DNA of 64,000 nt from Desulfobacterales bacterium (GTDB lineage: Bacteria > Desulfobacterota > Desulfobacteria > Desulfobacterales > UBA5852), in contig CAXXVS010000003.1 of the NCBI GenBank assembly GCA_963674755.2, positions 2,304,001 through 2,368,000 of the forward strand, read 5' to 3'. A model generated the notes under the pieces. That model searched no databases, was not told where the DNA came from, and saw only the letters and a program-made list of their open reading frames with translations. Made by a program: the position numbers and the translations under genes. Each line of letters starts with the position of its first letter. Positions within the stretch are counted from its first letter, which is position 1. Shown piece after piece: positions 50,031 to 61,250 of this stretch.

Positions 50031-50926
50031 GCAGCCAAGACAACCAAAATCTTTATGACCTGATCCGGTCGTATATGGCCGAAATGGGGACATCCCGAAC
50101 CACGGAGGTGGCGCTCAAATCCTATATTGACGCCGTGGGACGTCTCAAATGCGATGCCGCCGACTTCAAACCCATGCTGACCAGGCTCAACGAGGTCATT
50201 AAAAACACCGAGCCCCGGGTGATCCCGCTGGTGCATCTGGTGGAGACGTTCGAAGCCGAAATGGCCGCCGGAACCGATCTTCCCCTGGAGGCGGCCAAGC
50301 AGCGGGCGATGGATCTGCTGAACCGGATACGCGTCCAATTCCAAGACGCTACCGCCCGGGTGACCGCCAACTGCCTCACCTGCATCGCGCCGGGGGATCT
50401 GATCATCGCGCATCTGCTCCCTCCCTATATCCGCGAAGCCCTCGTGCGGGCCCGGACGGAACTGGGGCATGCCTTCAAGGTCCTGGTGGTCAAACAGGAT
50501 TTCGTGCGGACGCGCGAATTGGTGGACGATCTGAAGACGCATCATATCGATCATCTTCTGATTCCCGAATACAACCTCAGCCATTACCTGAAAGGGTCGG
50601 CCAAATTCTTTACCGGCGCGGTATCGGTGACGCCGGACAACCAGGCCGTAACGCCTGTCGGTACGGCGAACATGGTCGGTCTGTGCCACTGGTATCGCGT
50701 GCCCGTCTATCTCTTTATCGAATCCATCAAATTTGCGCACAAGCCCCTGGCGGATCAGCGCATCTACAGCGAAGCCCAGGTGAAAACCGAAGCCGACGTA
50801 ACCTTTCACATGGCGACCTTCTCCCACGACTTCATCGATCTGGCGATGATCGATCACATTTTCACGGAGAAGGGGGAAATTGCCGGCCGGAGCGGCGCGC
50901 CGGGCTCCCCGGAGCAGGGGGGCTGA
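50027..50926 (+). CDS. eIF-2B alpha/beta/delta-fold protein (isomerase-like, catalytic residues altered)
   Basis: ATGA overlap with permease; helical N-domain, then VGT...VPVY...ESIKF and DHIFTEKG. Confidence 0.75.
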   Translation: MSSQDNQNLYDLIRSYMAEMGTSRTTEVALKSYIDAVGRLKCDAADFKPMLTRLNEVIKNTEPRVIPLVHLVETFEAEMAAGTDLPLEAAKQRAMDLLNRIRVQFQDATARVTANCLTCIAPGDLIIAHLLPPYIREALVRARTELGHAFKVLVVKQDFVRTRELVDDLKTHHIDHLLIPEYNLSHYLKGSAKFFTGAVSVTPDNQAVTPVGTANMVGLCHWYRVPVYLFIESIKFAHKPLADQRIYSEAQVKTEADVTFHMATFSHDFIDLAMIDHIFTEKGEIAGRSGAPGSPEQGG

Positions 50927-51016
50927 TCTTCACATCTGAGGATTGTCATCCCGCATTTTTTCTTTCCTGTGAAAGAAAAAATGAACATGTAAAAATTTCT
51001 GAAAACAATATTCTAT

Positions 51017-51083
51017 CATTCCCGCGCAGGCGGGGATCCTTTTTTTTAATGGGTATGGGACTCCAGCCTTCGCGGGAGTGACG
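51017..51083. repeat. REP-like doublet (family C)
   Basis: tcattcccgcgcaggcggggatcc ... ggactccagccttcgcgggagtgac. Confidence 0.7.
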
Positions 51084-51172
51084 GCATGGGGGCTTACGAA
51101 TTCGTCAAGAAAACGGACGCCAAAGAAAACACCTGTGCCCCGCGTGGTGACCATTGAGGAGCTTCCTGACGC

Positions 51173-53425
51173 ATGCTTCGCATCCGACGCATCTATGACA
51201 ACGTCCTGCCGGTGAACAAAAGCACCCTCGGCCAGGTCCAGGACATCCTGCGCAGCCGCTTTTCGGCCGTACCCGAGGAAGAAATCACCGCCATCGGCGA
51301 GAAACTGCGCAACCCCTTCAAACAGCGCTTGCGCACCATTCTCTTCGTGGCCGAAAGCATACGGGGCAAGGTGCGCGGCTTTGCCATGCTGCTCCACGAA
51401 CCCGACCTGCGGTTCGCTTACCTGGACTGGATCGCCTCGGCTTCGGATCGTTCCGGGGCCGGCATCGGGGCGGCGCTCTATGACCGCATCCGGCGGGAGG
51501 CCATGGGGCTGAAGGTGAAGGGCATTTTTTTCGAATGCCTCCCCGACGATGCCGAAGACTGCCCCGATCCGGAAGAGCGCAAGCAGAATCGGGCGCGCCT
51601 GCGTTTCTACGAGCGTTACGGCGCGCGGCCCATCGTCGATACCGCCTACGAATCCCCGGTCAAGCCTGAAGACGTCTGCATGCCCCATCTGGTCTATGAC
51701 GATCTGGGCACCGGGCGGCCGTTGAAGAAGCGCTTTGCCCAAAAGGTGGTGCGGGCGGTCCTGGAGCGCAAATATGCCGATTACTGCCCGGCGGATTATG
51801 TCGATCGCGTGGTGAAGAGTTTCAAGGACGATCCCGTGCGGCTGCGCCCCCTGCGCTACGTCAAACCCGAAGCAGTGGTGGCGGCGGTGGAAAGCCGCTC
51901 CGCCGAGCAGATCGCCCTCATCGTCAACGACCGGCACGACATCCACCATGTCCACGAGCGGGGTTACGTGGAGTCGCCGGTGCGGGTGAAGACCATCCTC
52001 GACGCCATCATGCCCAGCGGCTTGTTCACCCCCATCAAGCCCCGGCCTTTTCCGGACAAACACTTGCATGCCGTGCACGAGGCGGGGTTCGTGGGCTATC
52101 TCAAACGGGCCTGCGCCGAAGTTCCGGCCGGAAAATCGCTCTATCCCTACATCTTCCCCATCCGCAACAAGACCCGGCCCCCCAAGGAACCCTCCGTGCT
52201 GTCCGGCTACTATTGCATCGATACCTTCACCCCCATCAACGCCAATGCCTATCCGGCCGCCCGGCGCAGTGTAGACTGCGCCCTGACCGCCGCGCGGGAG
52301 ATCCTGGATGGGCGCCGCATCGCCTACGCCCTGATCCGTCCACCGGGTCACCACGCCGAACGCGGCTCCTTCGGCGGCTTCTGCTACTTCAACAACAATG
52401 CCATCGCCGCCCAGTATTTGTGCGCCCACGGCAAGGTGGCCATCCTGGACGTGGACTACCATCACGGCAACGGCGGCCAGGACATCTTCTACCGCCGCAG
52501 CGACGTGCTGACCGTTTCCATTCATGGCCACCCGAAGTTCGCCTATCCCTATTTCTGCGGATTCGAGGATGAACGCGGCGAGGGCGAGGGCGAGGGGTTC
52601 AACCTCAATTTTCCCCTGGCCGAGATCGTGGACGGGGCCAAGTACCGTCAGGTGCTCGCGAAGGCCCTGCGCCGGATCGAAGAATTCCGGCCCCAGTTTC
52701 TCGTGGTGGGATTGGGTCTGGATCCGGCCAAAGGGGATCCCACCGGAACTTGGTCTCTCACAATGAAGGATTTTACCCTCAACGGCCGCCTGATCGGTGC
52801 TCTGGGGTTGCCCCTGGTGGTGATTCAGGAGGGGGGCTACCGCACGAAAACCCTGGGGAAAAACGCCCTGGCCTTCTTCCGGGGGTTGGTGGAGGGGGTC
52901 GGTCAGTGGGCGAGCAGCACACCCACGCCCCATCACCGGCTGCACGGGGTGGTCTTCCGGGATGCATTGACCCCCGGGGACGGTGAGCGGGTGCGCCGTC
53001 TGGTGGACATCACCGGCTTTTTCGATCCGGAGGAAGTGGCCGTGGCCGAGGAACTGGTCGAAGAGCGGTTGGCCCGGGGCGATGCCAGCGGGTACCATTT
53101 CATCATGGCCGAACATTACGGCCGCCTGGCCGGCTACGCCTGTTTCGGCCCCATTCCCTGCACGGCCGCCAGCTACGATCTCTACTGGATCGCCGTACAC
53201 CCCGACTTCCAGGGCCGCGGTCTGGGCGGGCGCCTGTTGACGGAAGCCGAGCGCCGCATCAAAGCCGCCGGCGGCCGGCGGATCTACGTGGACACCTCCC
53301 AGCGGGTCCAGTACGCCAGCACCCGTGCCTTCTATGAGAGCCGCGGCTACCGTCTGGAAACGGTTCTCCAAGACTTTTATGCTGTCGGGGACGGCAAGGC
53401 GATCTATTGCAAATCACTAGTTTAA
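51173..53425 (+). CDS. GNAT-histone deacetylase-GNAT fusion (acetylpolyamine amidohydrolase-like core)
   Basis: N-terminal GNAT (GAGIG, RFYERYG); HDAC motifs RPPGHHA, GFCYFNN, DVDYHHGNG, EGGY; C-terminal GNAT (QGRGLG, AFYESRGY). Confidence 0.9.
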   Translation: MLRIRRIYDNVLPVNKSTLGQVQDILRSRFSAVPEEEITAIGEKLRNPFKQRLRTILFVAESIRGKVRGFAMLLHEPDLRFAYLDWIASASDRSGAGIGAALYDRIRREAMGLKVKGIFFECLPDDAEDCPDPEERKQNRARLRFYERYGARPIVDTAYESPVKPEDVCMPHLVYDDLGTGRPLKKRFAQKVVRAVLERKYADYCPADYVDRVVKSFKDDPVRLRPLRYVKPEAVVAAVESRSAEQIALIVNDRHDIHHVHERGYVESPVRVKTILDAIMPSGLFTPIKPRPFPDKHLHAVHEAGFVGYLKRACAEVPAGKSLYPYIFPIRNKTRPPKEPSVLSGYYCIDTFTPINANAYPAARRSVDCALTAAREILDGRRIAYALIRPPGHHAERGSFGGFCYFNNNAIAAQYLCAHGKVAILDVDYHHGNGGQDIFYRRSDVLTVSIHGHPKFAYPYFCGFEDERGEGEGEGFNLNFPLAEIVDGAKYRQVLAKALRRIEEFRPQFLVVGLGLDPAKGDPTGTWSLTMKDFTLNGRLIGALGLPLVVIQEGGYRTKTLGKNALAFFRGLVEGVGQWASSTPTPHHRLHGVVFRDALTPGDGERVRRLVDITGFFDPEEVAVAEELVEERLARGDASGYHFIMAEHYGRLAGYACFGPIPCTAASYDLYWIAVHPDFQGRGLGGRLLTEAERRIKAAGGRRIYVDTSQRVQYASTRAFYESRGYRLETVLQDFYAVGDGKAIYCKSLV

Positions 53426-53920
53426 TTTTGATCCAGGCCTACCTTCTTTTGTGGACGCTCCGGAGAGGTTCTACCGATCCGGGGTGCCTTTACATCAATT
53501 GGATCCTTCATTTTCTTCCACGTGGAAGAAAACGAAGCAATCACGCCTCGGCGTGACAGGCTTCAAACGCCCGTGTCCCGCTTACCCTGCGCGTCGTCCA
53601 ACCGGCCGATGACGCGGCGCCTCGTGCCGCCGTGCGGCGTTGTCAGGCTAACTCGGGTGCTCACAATCTGAAGATTGCTGCGCGCCTCGCTTTGCCTGAC
53701 GCCTTGCCCGGCAGCACGATGCTTGCGCCATCAACCGATTGAGGCGGCCGGAGCGCGCGGGAACCCGCTCCGCTCAGACAGTCCGCGCGCTTTAATCCGT
53801 CCACCGCGCCGATGCTCGGCGCGGGACAAAGGGGAATTCAAACCCTAAACTTCTAAAACCGTTTTCAAGCCCCCTTCGAGGAGGCATCCTGAGGCCTCTC
53901 GCTAAGCGGGAGGAGACTCG
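53426..53920 (+). repeat. Repeat family A, longest copy
   Basis: Collinear blocks shared with 59067-59337 and 62933-63255. Confidence 0.9.
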
Positions 53921-53964
53921 AATCCCGCTGCACAGCGCGGGATTTCACGCCTGATTCTTAAATG

Positions 53965-54281
53965 CATCGGTGTTCAACAAAGCGCAGCCGACGGGCGTCC
54001 CGCCGAGCGGGACTTCCCATCGGATTGATTTTTCAACGGTGGGTGCCCACAGGGGTAGCCCAGCTACGCCGAGGACCGACAGGAGGCGTGAGCACCCCCA
54101 GAAGTCAAAAGATGCCGTTGATGGATGGCGATCGTTGGTGTCCGTCCAGAGATGGTAGATTTTGGTTTCTGGCAAGGCCGCAGCCGACAGGCGCCCACAG
54201 GCGTAGCCCGGCTACGCCGAGGACCGACAGGAGGCGAGAACGCCGCCAGGGGCCAAAAGATACCATTTCTGGACGGACACC
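53965..54281. repeat. Repeat family B, two tandem copies
   Basis: 44 bp core duplicated at 54045-54088 and 54193-54236; ~29 bp terminal IRs at 54137-54165/54253-54281. Confidence 0.85.
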
Positions 54282-54426
54282 GATTGCACGCGGGCGCGAC
54301 CCATGATAAAGAGATAGCGTGCATAACAGGGCCGGCCTGGGTTCTTCCATAGCCGGCGGGCGTTTCTCCCCCGACGACAATTTACCGGCGGGATTTGTTC
54401 CCGCAGCAGACCAAAGGACATGCGCG

Positions 54427-55593
54427 ATGCGCTTCCCGCTTTCGACAGCCCTTTTGCTCCTGATGGCGACCGGCCTGGCCGCCGGATGTTCCGACACAAT
54501 CGAACCGGGCAATACTTCGCTTGGCAAAGGTCCGGCCGTCACCGTGCCGGTGATGGTGGCGGAGGAGAAGCCCCAGCCCCAGATCTACGAGGCGCTCGGC
54601 ACGGTGAGCGCCCGGGTGGCGGCCACGGTATCCAGCAAGCTCATGGGGACGGTCCTGGCCGTTGCGGTCCGGGAAGGGGACCGGGTACAACAAGGCGATC
54701 TCCTGGTGGCACTGGACGATCGCCAGGTGGCCGCTCAACTGGCCCAGGCCCAGGCGGTTCTGCAGACGGCCCGCAAAGGGGAATCCGAGGCCCTCTCCGC
54801 CCGGACGGCCGCGGCCGCCGGGGCTGAGCAGGCCCTGCTGGCCTACCGCCGCGGCCAGGCCCTCCTGGCGGGTGAGGCCATCACCCAGGCGGATTTCGAA
54901 GGGGCGCAGGCCCGCCAGCGGCAGGCCCAGGCCGCGCTGAAGCAGGCCGAAGCGGCCGTAAAGGCGGCCCAATCCCGCGTGCGGCAGGCCCGGGCCGGGG
55001 TGGACGCCGCCCGGGTGGCCCGTCAGGATGCCCGTGTCACTGCGCCATTCGAAGGCCGTGTGACGGCGAAACTGGTCGATGCCGGTGATCTTGCGGCGCC
55101 GGGCAAGCCGCTGATCGTGATGGAGCGCATCGGCGGCTACCGCGTGGACCTGGAGGTTCCCGAAAGCTATGCCCACCTTGTACGGGCCGGCCAGCCCGTG
55201 GCGGTGCGCGTGCCGTCCGCCGGGCCGGCCGTGCTGCCAGGCACGGTGGAGGTGGTGGTGCCGGCGGCCGATCCGCGTAGCCGGACGTCCGTCGTCCAGG
55301 TGGGGGTTCCCGCCAGCGAAACCCTGCGCTCGGGCATGTTCGCCCGGGCCGACCTGCCTCTGGCCGAGCGCCCCGTGATGCGCATTCCCGCGGCGGCCGT
55401 CGTTCGGAAGGGGCAGTTGACCGGGGTGTTTATCGTCGACCAGGACGATACCGCCCGTTTCCGTTTGATCCGCACCGGCCGTTCGGCCGGCGATCAGGTG
55501 GATGTGATTTCCGGCCTGGCACCAGGCACCCGCCTGGTTGCCGCCCCTCCGATCCAACTCGCCAACGGATCTGCCGTGGAGGCTGAAAAATGA
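54427..55593 (+). CDS. RND efflux periplasmic adaptor (lipoprotein)
   Basis: Lipobox LAAGC, VREGDRV, APFEG, GMFAR. Confidence 0.9.
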   Translation: MRFPLSTALLLLMATGLAAGCSDTIEPGNTSLGKGPAVTVPVMVAEEKPQPQIYEALGTVSARVAATVSSKLMGTVLAVAVREGDRVQQGDLLVALDDRQVAAQLAQAQAVLQTARKGESEALSARTAAAAGAEQALLAYRRGQALLAGEAITQADFEGAQARQRQAQAALKQAEAAVKAAQSRVRQARAGVDAARVARQDARVTAPFEGRVTAKLVDAGDLAAPGKPLIVMERIGGYRVDLEVPESYAHLVRAGQPVAVRVPSAGPAVLPGTVEVVVPAADPRSRTSVVQVGVPASETLRSGMFARADLPLAERPVMRIPAAAVVRKGQLTGVFIVDQDDTARFRLIRTGRSAGDQVDVISGLAPGTRLVAAPPIQLANGSAVEAEK

Positions 55594-58500
55594 AGTCGTC
55601 TTTCGGCCCCGCCGGGAAGATCGCCCACTATTTCATCGCTTCCAAACTGACGCCGCTGATCGTCATGGCCTCGATCCTGCTGGGGCTGGGGGCCCTGATG
55701 GCCCTCCCCCGGGAGGAGGAGCCCCAGATCATCGTGCCCATGATCGATATTTTCGTGCAGATGCCCGGAGCCGAAACCAAGGAGGTGGAGGAACGCATCA
55801 CCCGGCCCATGGAGAGTCTGCTGTGGGAAATTCCCGGGGTGGAATACGTCTACTCCACCAGCATGCCGGGCATGTCGATGGCCATCGTGCGCTTCTATGT
55901 GGGGGAGAATGAGGAAGCGGCCATCGTCCGGCTGCAGTCCAAGCTCATGGCCAACATGGACCGGATTCCCTGCTGCGTTGCGCCGCCCCTGATCAAACCG
56001 CGCTATATCGACGACGTGCCCATTCTGGCCCTGACCTTCTGGAGCGAGGAGGTATCGCCTTATCTGCTGCGCCGGGTGGCCGCCGAGGTGGAGGACAAGG
56101 TCAAACGCGAGCCCAACGTCTCCATCACCACCCTGATCGGGGGCCAGGCCCGGCAGTTGGACGTGCAGCTCGATCCGGTGCGCCTGGCCGGCTACGGACT
56201 GGATGCGCTGACGGTGGCCCGGCAGCTGTCCGCCGCCAATCAGGCCGCGGATGCCGGCACCTATCCCACCCCCGAGGGTCAGATCATCATTCATGCCGGC
56301 GGTTTTCTGAAAAGCACCGAAGACGCGGCCCGCGTGGTGGTGGCGAGCTACAAGGGGCGTCCGGTGTATCTGGCCGATGTGGCCACCATTCGGGACGGTC
56401 CTGCCCTGGCCAGTGATTATGTCTTCTTCGGCGCCGGACCGGCCGCCGAAGAAGAGGGGATTGCCCGGGAAACGTCCCGGGGCGCGCCCTATCCGGCGGT
56501 CACCCTGACCCTGGCCAAGCGTAAGGGGACCAATGCCATCACCGTGGCCGACAATGTGCTCGAACGGGTGGCGGCCCTCAAGGGCGACATCATTCCGGAC
56601 AACGTCCACCTCACCATAACCCGGCATTACGGGAAAACGGCCAAGGAGAAGAGCGACGAGCTGCTGCTGCACATGCTGATCGCCATCGTGTCGGTGACCA
56701 TCCTCATCTGGTTCACCCTGGGGCACCGGGAATCCGGCGTGGTGGCCTTTGCCATACCGGTAACCCTGGCCCTGACGATGGCCGTTTTCTATCTCTACGG
56801 CTACACCCTGAACCGCATTACCCTGTTTGCCCTGATTTTCTCCATCGGCATCCTGGTGGACGATGCCATCGTGGTGGTGGAGAATATCGTGCGCCACAAC
56901 CGGCTGGCCAAAAACGCCGGCCGCCCCCCCAGCGAGGTGGCTGTGGAAGCCGTGGACGAGGTGGGCAATCCCACCATCCTGGCCACCTTGACGGTGATTG
57001 CCGCCATTTTGCCGATGGCCTTCGTGGGGGGCCTGATGGGGCCCTATATGCGGCCCATTCCGGTGGGGGCTTCGGCGGCCATGGTCTTCTCCATCCTGGT
57101 GGCCTTTATCGTCACCCCCTGGGCGGCCATGCTGCTTCTAAGGCACAAGGGCGGCGGCCATGGCGATGCGCACGACGCGGAGGATTGGGCCACCCGGCTC
57201 TACCGCAACGTGATGGGGCATCTGCTCCACAATCCGCTGTGGCGCTGGTCCTTTCTGATCGGTGTGATCGCCCTGTTGCTGGGGGCCTGCACCATGGTGG
57301 CCGTGGGCCTGGTGCGGGTCAAGATGCTGCCCTTCGACAACAAGAGCGAGTTCCAGGTGGTGATCGACATGCCCGATAAGGCCACCCTGGAGGACACGGC
57401 CGCGGCGGCGTTCGAGATGGGGAATTATCTGGCCACGGTCAACGAGGTGGTGGACTACCAGGTCTACGTGGGGACATCCGGGCCGATCAATTTCAACGGG
57501 CTGGTGCGCCACTACTACCTCCGCAACCTGCCTTGCCAGGGAGACATCTATGTCAACCTGGCCGAAAAAGGTCTGCGCCAGGAGCAGAGCCACGCCATTG
57601 CCAAACGGGTGCGGCCGCCCCTGGATGCCATTGCCCGGCGCTACGGGGCCCGGATCAAGATCGTCGAGGTGCCGCCGGGCCCGCCGGTGATTTCCACCCT
57701 GGTGGCGGAAATCTATGGCCCCGACTACGAGCGCCAACGGGAGCTGGCCCTCAAAATCCGGTCGATTTTCGAAGAGACGGAGGGGGTCGTGGATGTGGAC
57801 TGGATCATGGACGAGGGCCAGACCCGCTACGAGGTTGCTCCGGACCAGGAAAAGGCGGCCCTGAACGGCATCAGCGTGGCCCAGATCACGCAAACCCTCA
57901 AGACCGCCCTTTCCGGCACCCGCACCGGACTGCTGCACCTGCCGCTGGAACGGGAAGACGTCAATATCGTCCTGCAACCGCCCCTGGTCTTGCGGGCCGG
58001 GCTGCAGCGGCTCAAGGCCATCCATATCAGCGCGGCCGACGGCCGCCCGGTGCCCCTGTCGGACCTCGTGACGATACGGCAGACGCCCATGGACCAGAGC
58101 ATCTACCGCAAGAATCTCCAGCCGGTGGTCTACGTGATCGGGGATGTGGCCGGCGCCAAGGAGAGCCCGGTTTACGCGATCCTGGAGATGCGAAAAAAGA
58201 TTGCCGCCATCACGCTTCCGGAGGGCTACCAGATCGAACAGCACCTGGCCAGCATGCCCACCAGCGACCGGCGTTTTAGCATGAAGTGGGACGGTGAATG
58301 GCAGATCACCTACGAAGTCTTCCGGGACCTGGGGATCGCCTTCGCCCTGGTGCTGGTGCTGATCTTCGTACTGGTGGTGGGCTGGTTCCAGTCCTTTTCG
58401 ACACCGGTGGTCATCATGATGGCCATTCCCTTTTCCCTGATCGGCATTTTGCCGGCCCACTGGGCCCTGGGGGCCTTTTTCACCGCCACCTCCATGATCG

Positions 58501-58850
58501 GATTTATCGCCGGGGCGGGCATCGTGGTGCGCAACTCCATCATCCTGGTGGATTTTATCGAACTGCGTCTGGCCGAGGGGGCACCTCTGGATTTGGCCGT
58601 CATCGATGCCGGGGCGGTGCGCTTCCGGCCCATGATGCTCACCGCGGCCGCCGTGGTGGTGGGGGCCTCGGTGATCCTGTTCGATCCCATCTTCCAGGGG
58701 CTGGCCATCTCGCTGATGGCCGGGGAGGTGGCCTCGCTCCTTTTCTCGCGCATGACCGTGCCCATTCTCTATTTTCTGGACAAACGCTGGGAATTTGCCC
58801 ACGGCCACGGGCCGACCCATCCGGCGGAGAGTGACGCATCGAAAGCGTAG
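55590..58850 (+). CDS. RND efflux permease (AcrB/CusA superfamily)
   Basis: 1086 aa; [21 protein letters not shown]. Confidence 0.94.
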   Translation: MKSSFGPAGKIAHYFIASKLTPLIVMASILLGLGALMALPREEEPQIIVPMIDIFVQMPGAETKEVEERITRPMESLLWEIPGVEYVYSTSMPGMSMAIVRFYVGENEEAAIVRLQSKLMANMDRIPCCVAPPLIKPRYIDDVPILALTFWSEEVSPYLLRRVAAEVEDKVKREPNVSITTLIGGQARQLDVQLDPVRLAGYGLDALTVARQLSAANQAADAGTYPTPEGQIIIHAGGFLKSTEDAARVVVASYKGRPVYLADVATIRDGPALASDYVFFGAGPAAEEEGIARETSRGAPYPAVTLTLAKRKGTNAITVADNVLERVAALKGDIIPDNVHLTITRHYGKTAKEKSDELLLHMLIAIVSVTILIWFTLGHRESGVVAFAIPVTLALTMAVFYLYGYTLNRITLFALIFSIGILVDDAIVVVENIVRHNRLAKNAGRPPSEVAVEAVDEVGNPTILATLTVIAAILPMAFVGGLMGPYMRPIPVGASAAMVFSILVAFIVTPWAAMLLLRHKGGGHGDAHDAEDWATRLYRNVMGHLLHNPLWRWSFLIGVIALLLGACTMVAVGLVRVKMLPFDNKSEFQVVIDMPDKATLEDTAAAAFEMGNYLATVNEVVDYQVYVGTSGPINFNGLVRHYYLRNLPCQGDIYVNLAEKGLRQEQSHAIAKRVRPPLDAIARRYGARIKIVEVPPGPPVISTLVAEIYGPDYERQRELALKIRSIFEETEGVVDVDWIMDEGQTRYEVAPDQEKAALNGISVAQITQTLKTALSGTRTGLLHLPLEREDVNIVLQPPLVLRAGLQRLKAIHISAADGRPVPLSDLVTIRQTPMDQSIYRKNLQPVVYVIGDVAGAKESPVYAILEMRKKIAAITLPEGYQIEQHLASMPTSDRRFSMKWDGEWQITYEVFRDLGIAFALVLVLIFVLVVGWFQSFSTPVVIMMAIPFSLIGILPAHWALGAFFTATSMIGFIAGAGIVVRNSIILVDFIELRLAEGAPLDLAVIDAGAVRFRPMMLTAAAVVVGASVILFDPIFQGLAISLMAGEVASLLFSRMTVPILYFLDKRWEFAHGHGPTHPAESDASKA

Positions 58851-59066
58851 CCGTTTGATCCGTATCCGCCGTCTGGCGCCGTCGCTATTGAATCGGCACC
58901 GGACACGTCCTATAGTGGGCGGCACCATCTCTCTCATGATTGCCTCATTTATTTTGGCAGGCAGTGGATAACCGACGGGATGAAAGGACAGTGCTACCCG
59001 ATGCGCAAAGAGCAGCAACCATCAGGGTTGCAGTGGCGGTTTCGGCAGGAGGTAAACATACCTTAG

Positions 59067-59337
59067 TTTTGATCTAAACCGGCCACCTCTGGTGTAGGAT
59101 CCAGAGAGATTATGTCGATCCGTGATGCTTTTTCGTAAATGGCTTCTTCATTTTCTTCCACGTGGAAGAAAACGAAGCAATCACGCCCCGGCGTGACAGG
59201 CTTCAGACGCCCATGTCCCGCTTCTTCCTGCGCGTCGTCGCGGGACAAGGGGAAATTCAAAACCTAAAATTCAAAACCATTTTCAAGCTTCCTTCGAGGG
59301 GGCTACCTGAGGTCTCCTGCCGGGCGGGAGGAGACTC
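59067..59337 (+). repeat. Repeat family A, internally deleted copy
   Basis: Same blocks as 53426-53920 with the middle missing. Confidence 0.88.
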
Positions 59338-59369
59338 TGGCCACATGATCCGGCGAGGAATGCCGCGCC

Positions 59370-61250
59370 ATGCATTTTCGACCTGAAAACATCGTGCCGT
59401 TCGTCGCCTGGCTGCGCCACTACGACCGCCAGCACCTGCGGGCCGATATCTTTGCCGGGCTGACCGTGGCCGTGGTATCCCTGCCCCAATCCATGGCCTA
59501 CGCCCTGATTGCGGGCCTGCCGATCCAGTACGGCCTCTATGCCTCCATCGTGCCTACGATCATCGGCGGCCTGTGGGGCAGTTCGGCCCACCTCATCACG
59601 GGGCCGGCCACGGCCGTTTCCCTGGTGGTGTTCACCACCCTGAGCGAAGTCGCCCAGCCCGGCACCGCCATCTATCTCGAGCTGGCGTTTTTCCTGGCCC
59701 TGATGATCGGGGCGATCCAGATCACCATGGGCATGGCCCGCATGGGCAATCTGCTCAATTTCGTGTCCCACTCCGTCCTGCTGGGATTTACGGCCGGGGC
59801 CGCTGTCCTGATCGTTTTTCAGCAATTGCCGGCCCTGCTGGGCATTCATCTGGAACGGGGCGGGACGTTTCTGCTGGAGCTGGTGCACCTGGCCTCCCTG
59901 CTGCACCGCGCCCATCCTCTGACCCTCCTGATCAGCATGGGGACCGTCGGCGTCATCCTGCTGTTCAAGAAACTGCTCCCCAACTGGCCCGGCACCCTGA
60001 TCGCCATGGTCCTGATGGGGCTGGCGGTCTTCCTCTTCCGTCTGGATGCCCGCGGCGTGGCGGTGGTGGGGGCCATCCCGGACAGCCTGCCGCCCTTCCG
60101 GCTTCCGGGCGCGGAAGCCTTTGCCCGGACGGGGCAGCTCGTCCCCGGAGCGCTGGCCCTGGCCATCCTGGGGCTGGTGGAGGCCGTTTCCATCGCCAAG
60201 TCGATCGCCGACCAGACCCGCCAGCGGCTCAATATCAACCGCGAGTTCGTGGCCCAGGGGCTGGCCAATCTGGGCGCCGGCTTTTTCAGCGGTTTTCCCG
60301 GGAGCGGATCCTTTACCCGTTCGGCGGTCAATTTCCGCTCCGGCGGACGGACGCCCGTCAGTGCCGTGGTATCGGCCCTGGCTATCGGGGTCATCGTTTT
60401 GACGGCCGGCCCCCTGACCGCTTCGCTGCCCATGGCCACCCTGGCGGGGGTGCTGGTGGTGGTGGCCTACCAGCTGATCCGGGTGCGGGACATCGCCCGT
60501 ACGATCCGCGCCACCCGCTCCGATGCGGCCGTTCTGGTGATCACCTTTCTGTCCACCCTGCTGTTCAACATCGAATTCGCCGTCTACATCGGGATCCTGC
60601 TTTCCATCGGCCTGCATCTGGCGCGCACCTCCCATCCCCATATCGAATCATTGGTGCCGGACAAGGCCACCGGCAAGATGGCGGTCAGCGACCACGGGGA
60701 TGCCTGCTGCCAGCTGGAGATCGTCCAGGTCGACGGCTCCCTTTTTTTCGGTTCGGCGGCCTTTGTGCTGGACGACCTCCAGCGGCGGCTGCGGACCCGG
60801 CCGGAGGTTGCCAATCTCCTGTTGCGGATGCATCATGTCAACACCATGGACGCCAGCGGAGTTCACGCGCTGGAGATTGTCATGGAGGAGATCCAGCGCC
60901 GCGGCGGCGGCCTTTATTTCGCCGGCGTGCATCACCAGGTTTTCCTGACGCTCAAAAATTCGGGCCTCTTGCGGGATGCGGGCGACACCCACGTCCACGC
61001 CGCCACCGGCCGTGCGATCCGCCAGGCCATGCGGGAGAATTTCTGCCCGGTGGTCTGCGCGGCCTGTCCGGTCGTTGTTTTCGAGGAATGCCCGCCCCTC
61101 AAGGCGGGGGACTGGTCCATCTTCGGGGCCGGTGTCCAGCCCCGCCTGTGCATGCTGCCCAAAGTGAAAAATAAGAAGCCGCAGGACACCTCCCGCGGGA
61201 AGCACAACGGAGAGGAACGCCCCTCGGCAGATCGGCTGGGACAGGATTGA
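59370..61250 (+). CDS. SulP/SLC26 anion permease with STAS domain
   Basis: PQSMAYA, GSS..ITGP, GSFTRSAVN, LFFG, DASG. Confidence 0.93.
   Translation: MHFRPENIVPFVAWLRHYDRQHLRADIFAGLTVAVVSLPQSMAYALIAGLPIQYGLYASIVPTIIGGLWGSSAHLITGPATAVSLVVFTTLSEVAQPGTAIYLELAFFLALMIGAIQITMGMARMGNLLNFVSHSVLLGFTAGAAVLIVFQQLPALLGIHLERGGTFLLELVHLASLLHRAHPLTLLISMGTVGVILLFKKLLPNWPGTLIAMVLMGLAVFLFRLDARGVAVVGAIPDSLPPFRLPGAEAFARTGQLVPGALALAILGLVEAVSIAKSIADQTRQRLNINREFVAQGLANLGAGFFSGFPGSGSFTRSAVNFRSGGRTPVSAVVSALAIGVIVLTAGPLTASLPMATLAGVLVVVAYQLIRVRDIARTIRATRSDAAVLVITFLSTLLFNIEFAVYIGILLSIGLHLARTSHPHIESLVPDKATGKMAVSDHGDACCQLEIVQVDGSLFFGSAAFVLDDLQRRLRTRPEVANLLLRMHHVNTMDASGVHALEIVMEEIQRRGGGLYFAGVHHQVFLTLKNSGLLRDAGDTHVHAATGRAIRQAMRENFCPVVCAACPVVVFEECPPLKAGDWSIFGAGVQPRLCMLPKVKNKKPQDTSRGKHNGEERPSADRLGQD

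Noticed and set aside
53426..54281. Repeat cluster as a CRISPR array
   Set aside because: No regular repeat-spacer periodicity and no cas genes
58930..59060. Possible c-di-GMP riboswitch (GCGCAAAG, hairpins)
   Set aside because: P1/P2 and tetraloop-receptor consensus not matched by eye
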